Shown: positions 44,750 to 45,546 of the stretch, piece after piece
Position numbering within the stretch: position 1 is the stretch's first letter
How the letters are laid out: the number at the start of each line of letters is the position of its first letter
Assembly (NCBI RefSeq): GCF_000315625.1
Contig: NW_005434560.1
Coordinates: forward strand, 198,077 to 243,622
From: Guillardia theta CCMP2712
Taxonomy: Eukaryota; Protista; Cryptophyta
DNA length: 45,546 nt
Direction: 5' to 3'
Program-made: the position numbers and the translations under genes
Notes under the pieces: model-generated
What the model saw: the letters and a program-made list of their open reading frames with translations, nothing else
The model's database searches: none
Told to the model about the DNA's origin: nothing

Positions 44750-45516
44750 TCATAACGTGGGGCAGCCCCATTGCAAACATACCTCCAGATCCCCTCCCCC
44801 TCCTCATCTGAGGTCAGGGAGAGGCTCATTGGCCTCCATCTAGACTGATTTGATACCTCCTTGTGTCATCCGACTCATACATATACTGAGGCGGGCCCCC
44901 AGGGCCCGCCTTAGAAAAAACTCATAACGTCGGGAGCCCCACTGCAAACATACCCCCAGATCCCCTCCCACCTTCCATCTGAGGTCATGGAGAGGCTCAT
45001 TGGCCTCCATCTAGACTGATCTGATACCTCCTTGTGTCATCCGACTCATATATATACTGAGGCGGGCCCGCAGGGCCCGCCTTAGAAAAAACTCATAACG
45101 TCGCGGAGCCCCACGGATTTTATGACCCCAGATCCCCTCCCACCTTCCATCTGAGGTCATGGAGAGGCTCATTGGCCTCCATCTAGACTGATCTGATACC
45201 TCCTTGTGTCATCCGACTCATATATATACTGAGGCGGGCCCGCAGGGCCCGCCTTAGAAAAAACTCATAACGTCGCGGAGCCCCACCGCAAACATACCCC
45301 CAGATCCCCTCCCACCTTCCATCTGAGGTCATGGAGAGGCTCATTGGCCTCCATCTAGACTGATCTGATACCTCCTTGTGTCATCCGACTCATATATATA
45401 CTGAGGCGGGCCCGCAGGGCCCGCCTTAGAAAAAACTCATAACGTCGGGAGCCCCACTGCAAACATACCCCCAGATCCCCTCCCACCTTCCATCTGAGGT
45501 CATGGAGAGGCTCATT
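44750..45516 (+). repeat. Satellite C array, about 4.5 units
   Basis: 171-172-bp period. The first unit, next to the gap, is degenerate. Unique sequence resumes at 45517. Confidence 0.96.
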
Positions 45517-45546
45517 CATAGCGTTGACATTTTGCTTTTTCTGCTT

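Noticed and set aside
43695-44829. Long ORFs spanning N runs (also 11061-11345)
   Set aside because: Gap artefacts.
17540-45516. Bona fide CRISPR array or integron
   Set aside because: Repeats are 171-340 bp tandem units cut at variable phases, inserts are kilobases long, and there is no cas or integrase gene. The analogy is architectural only.
1-45546. Host species assignment (a cryptophyte-like alga was my impression)
   Set aside because: No host marker gene in the window, so it cannot be supported.

Overview
Eukaryotic, probably protist or algal, repeat-rich scaffold with two N-gaps (11143-11242, 43844-44722). Three unrelated tandem satellites form the backbone: SatA (332 bp), SatB (340 bp) and SatC (171 bp). 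Pieces of foreign or mobile DNA sit between short satellite blocks: (i) a 2.1-kb TIR DNA element with a 3-bp TSD, plus the end of a related element at the window start; (ii) a 1.1-kb virus-like fragment; (iii) a 1.5-kb GT17 glycosyltransferase cassette flanked by a 34-bp duplication of SatB; (iv) a both-end-truncated, dead Ty1/copia pol carrying a young gag-only LTR element with identical 227-bp LTRs; (v) about 24 kb of gene-dense, apparently intronless, TATA-driven DNA resembling a large dsDNA virus, rich in Cys-repeat surface proteins. No capsid or polymerase hallmark was recognised, so the virus group is unassigned. Several inserts are cut mid-gene exactly at the satellite junction, the satellites resume nearly in register, and the virus-like block is itself a patchwork of truncated genes. 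One giant gene appears split into two oppositely oriented halves by SatC. The main hypothesis (inference) is a satellite-punctuated trap or archive of shredded viral and transposon DNA, architecturally reminiscent of a piRNA cluster or a kb-scale repeat-spacer array, possibly in (peri)centromeric heterochromatin.
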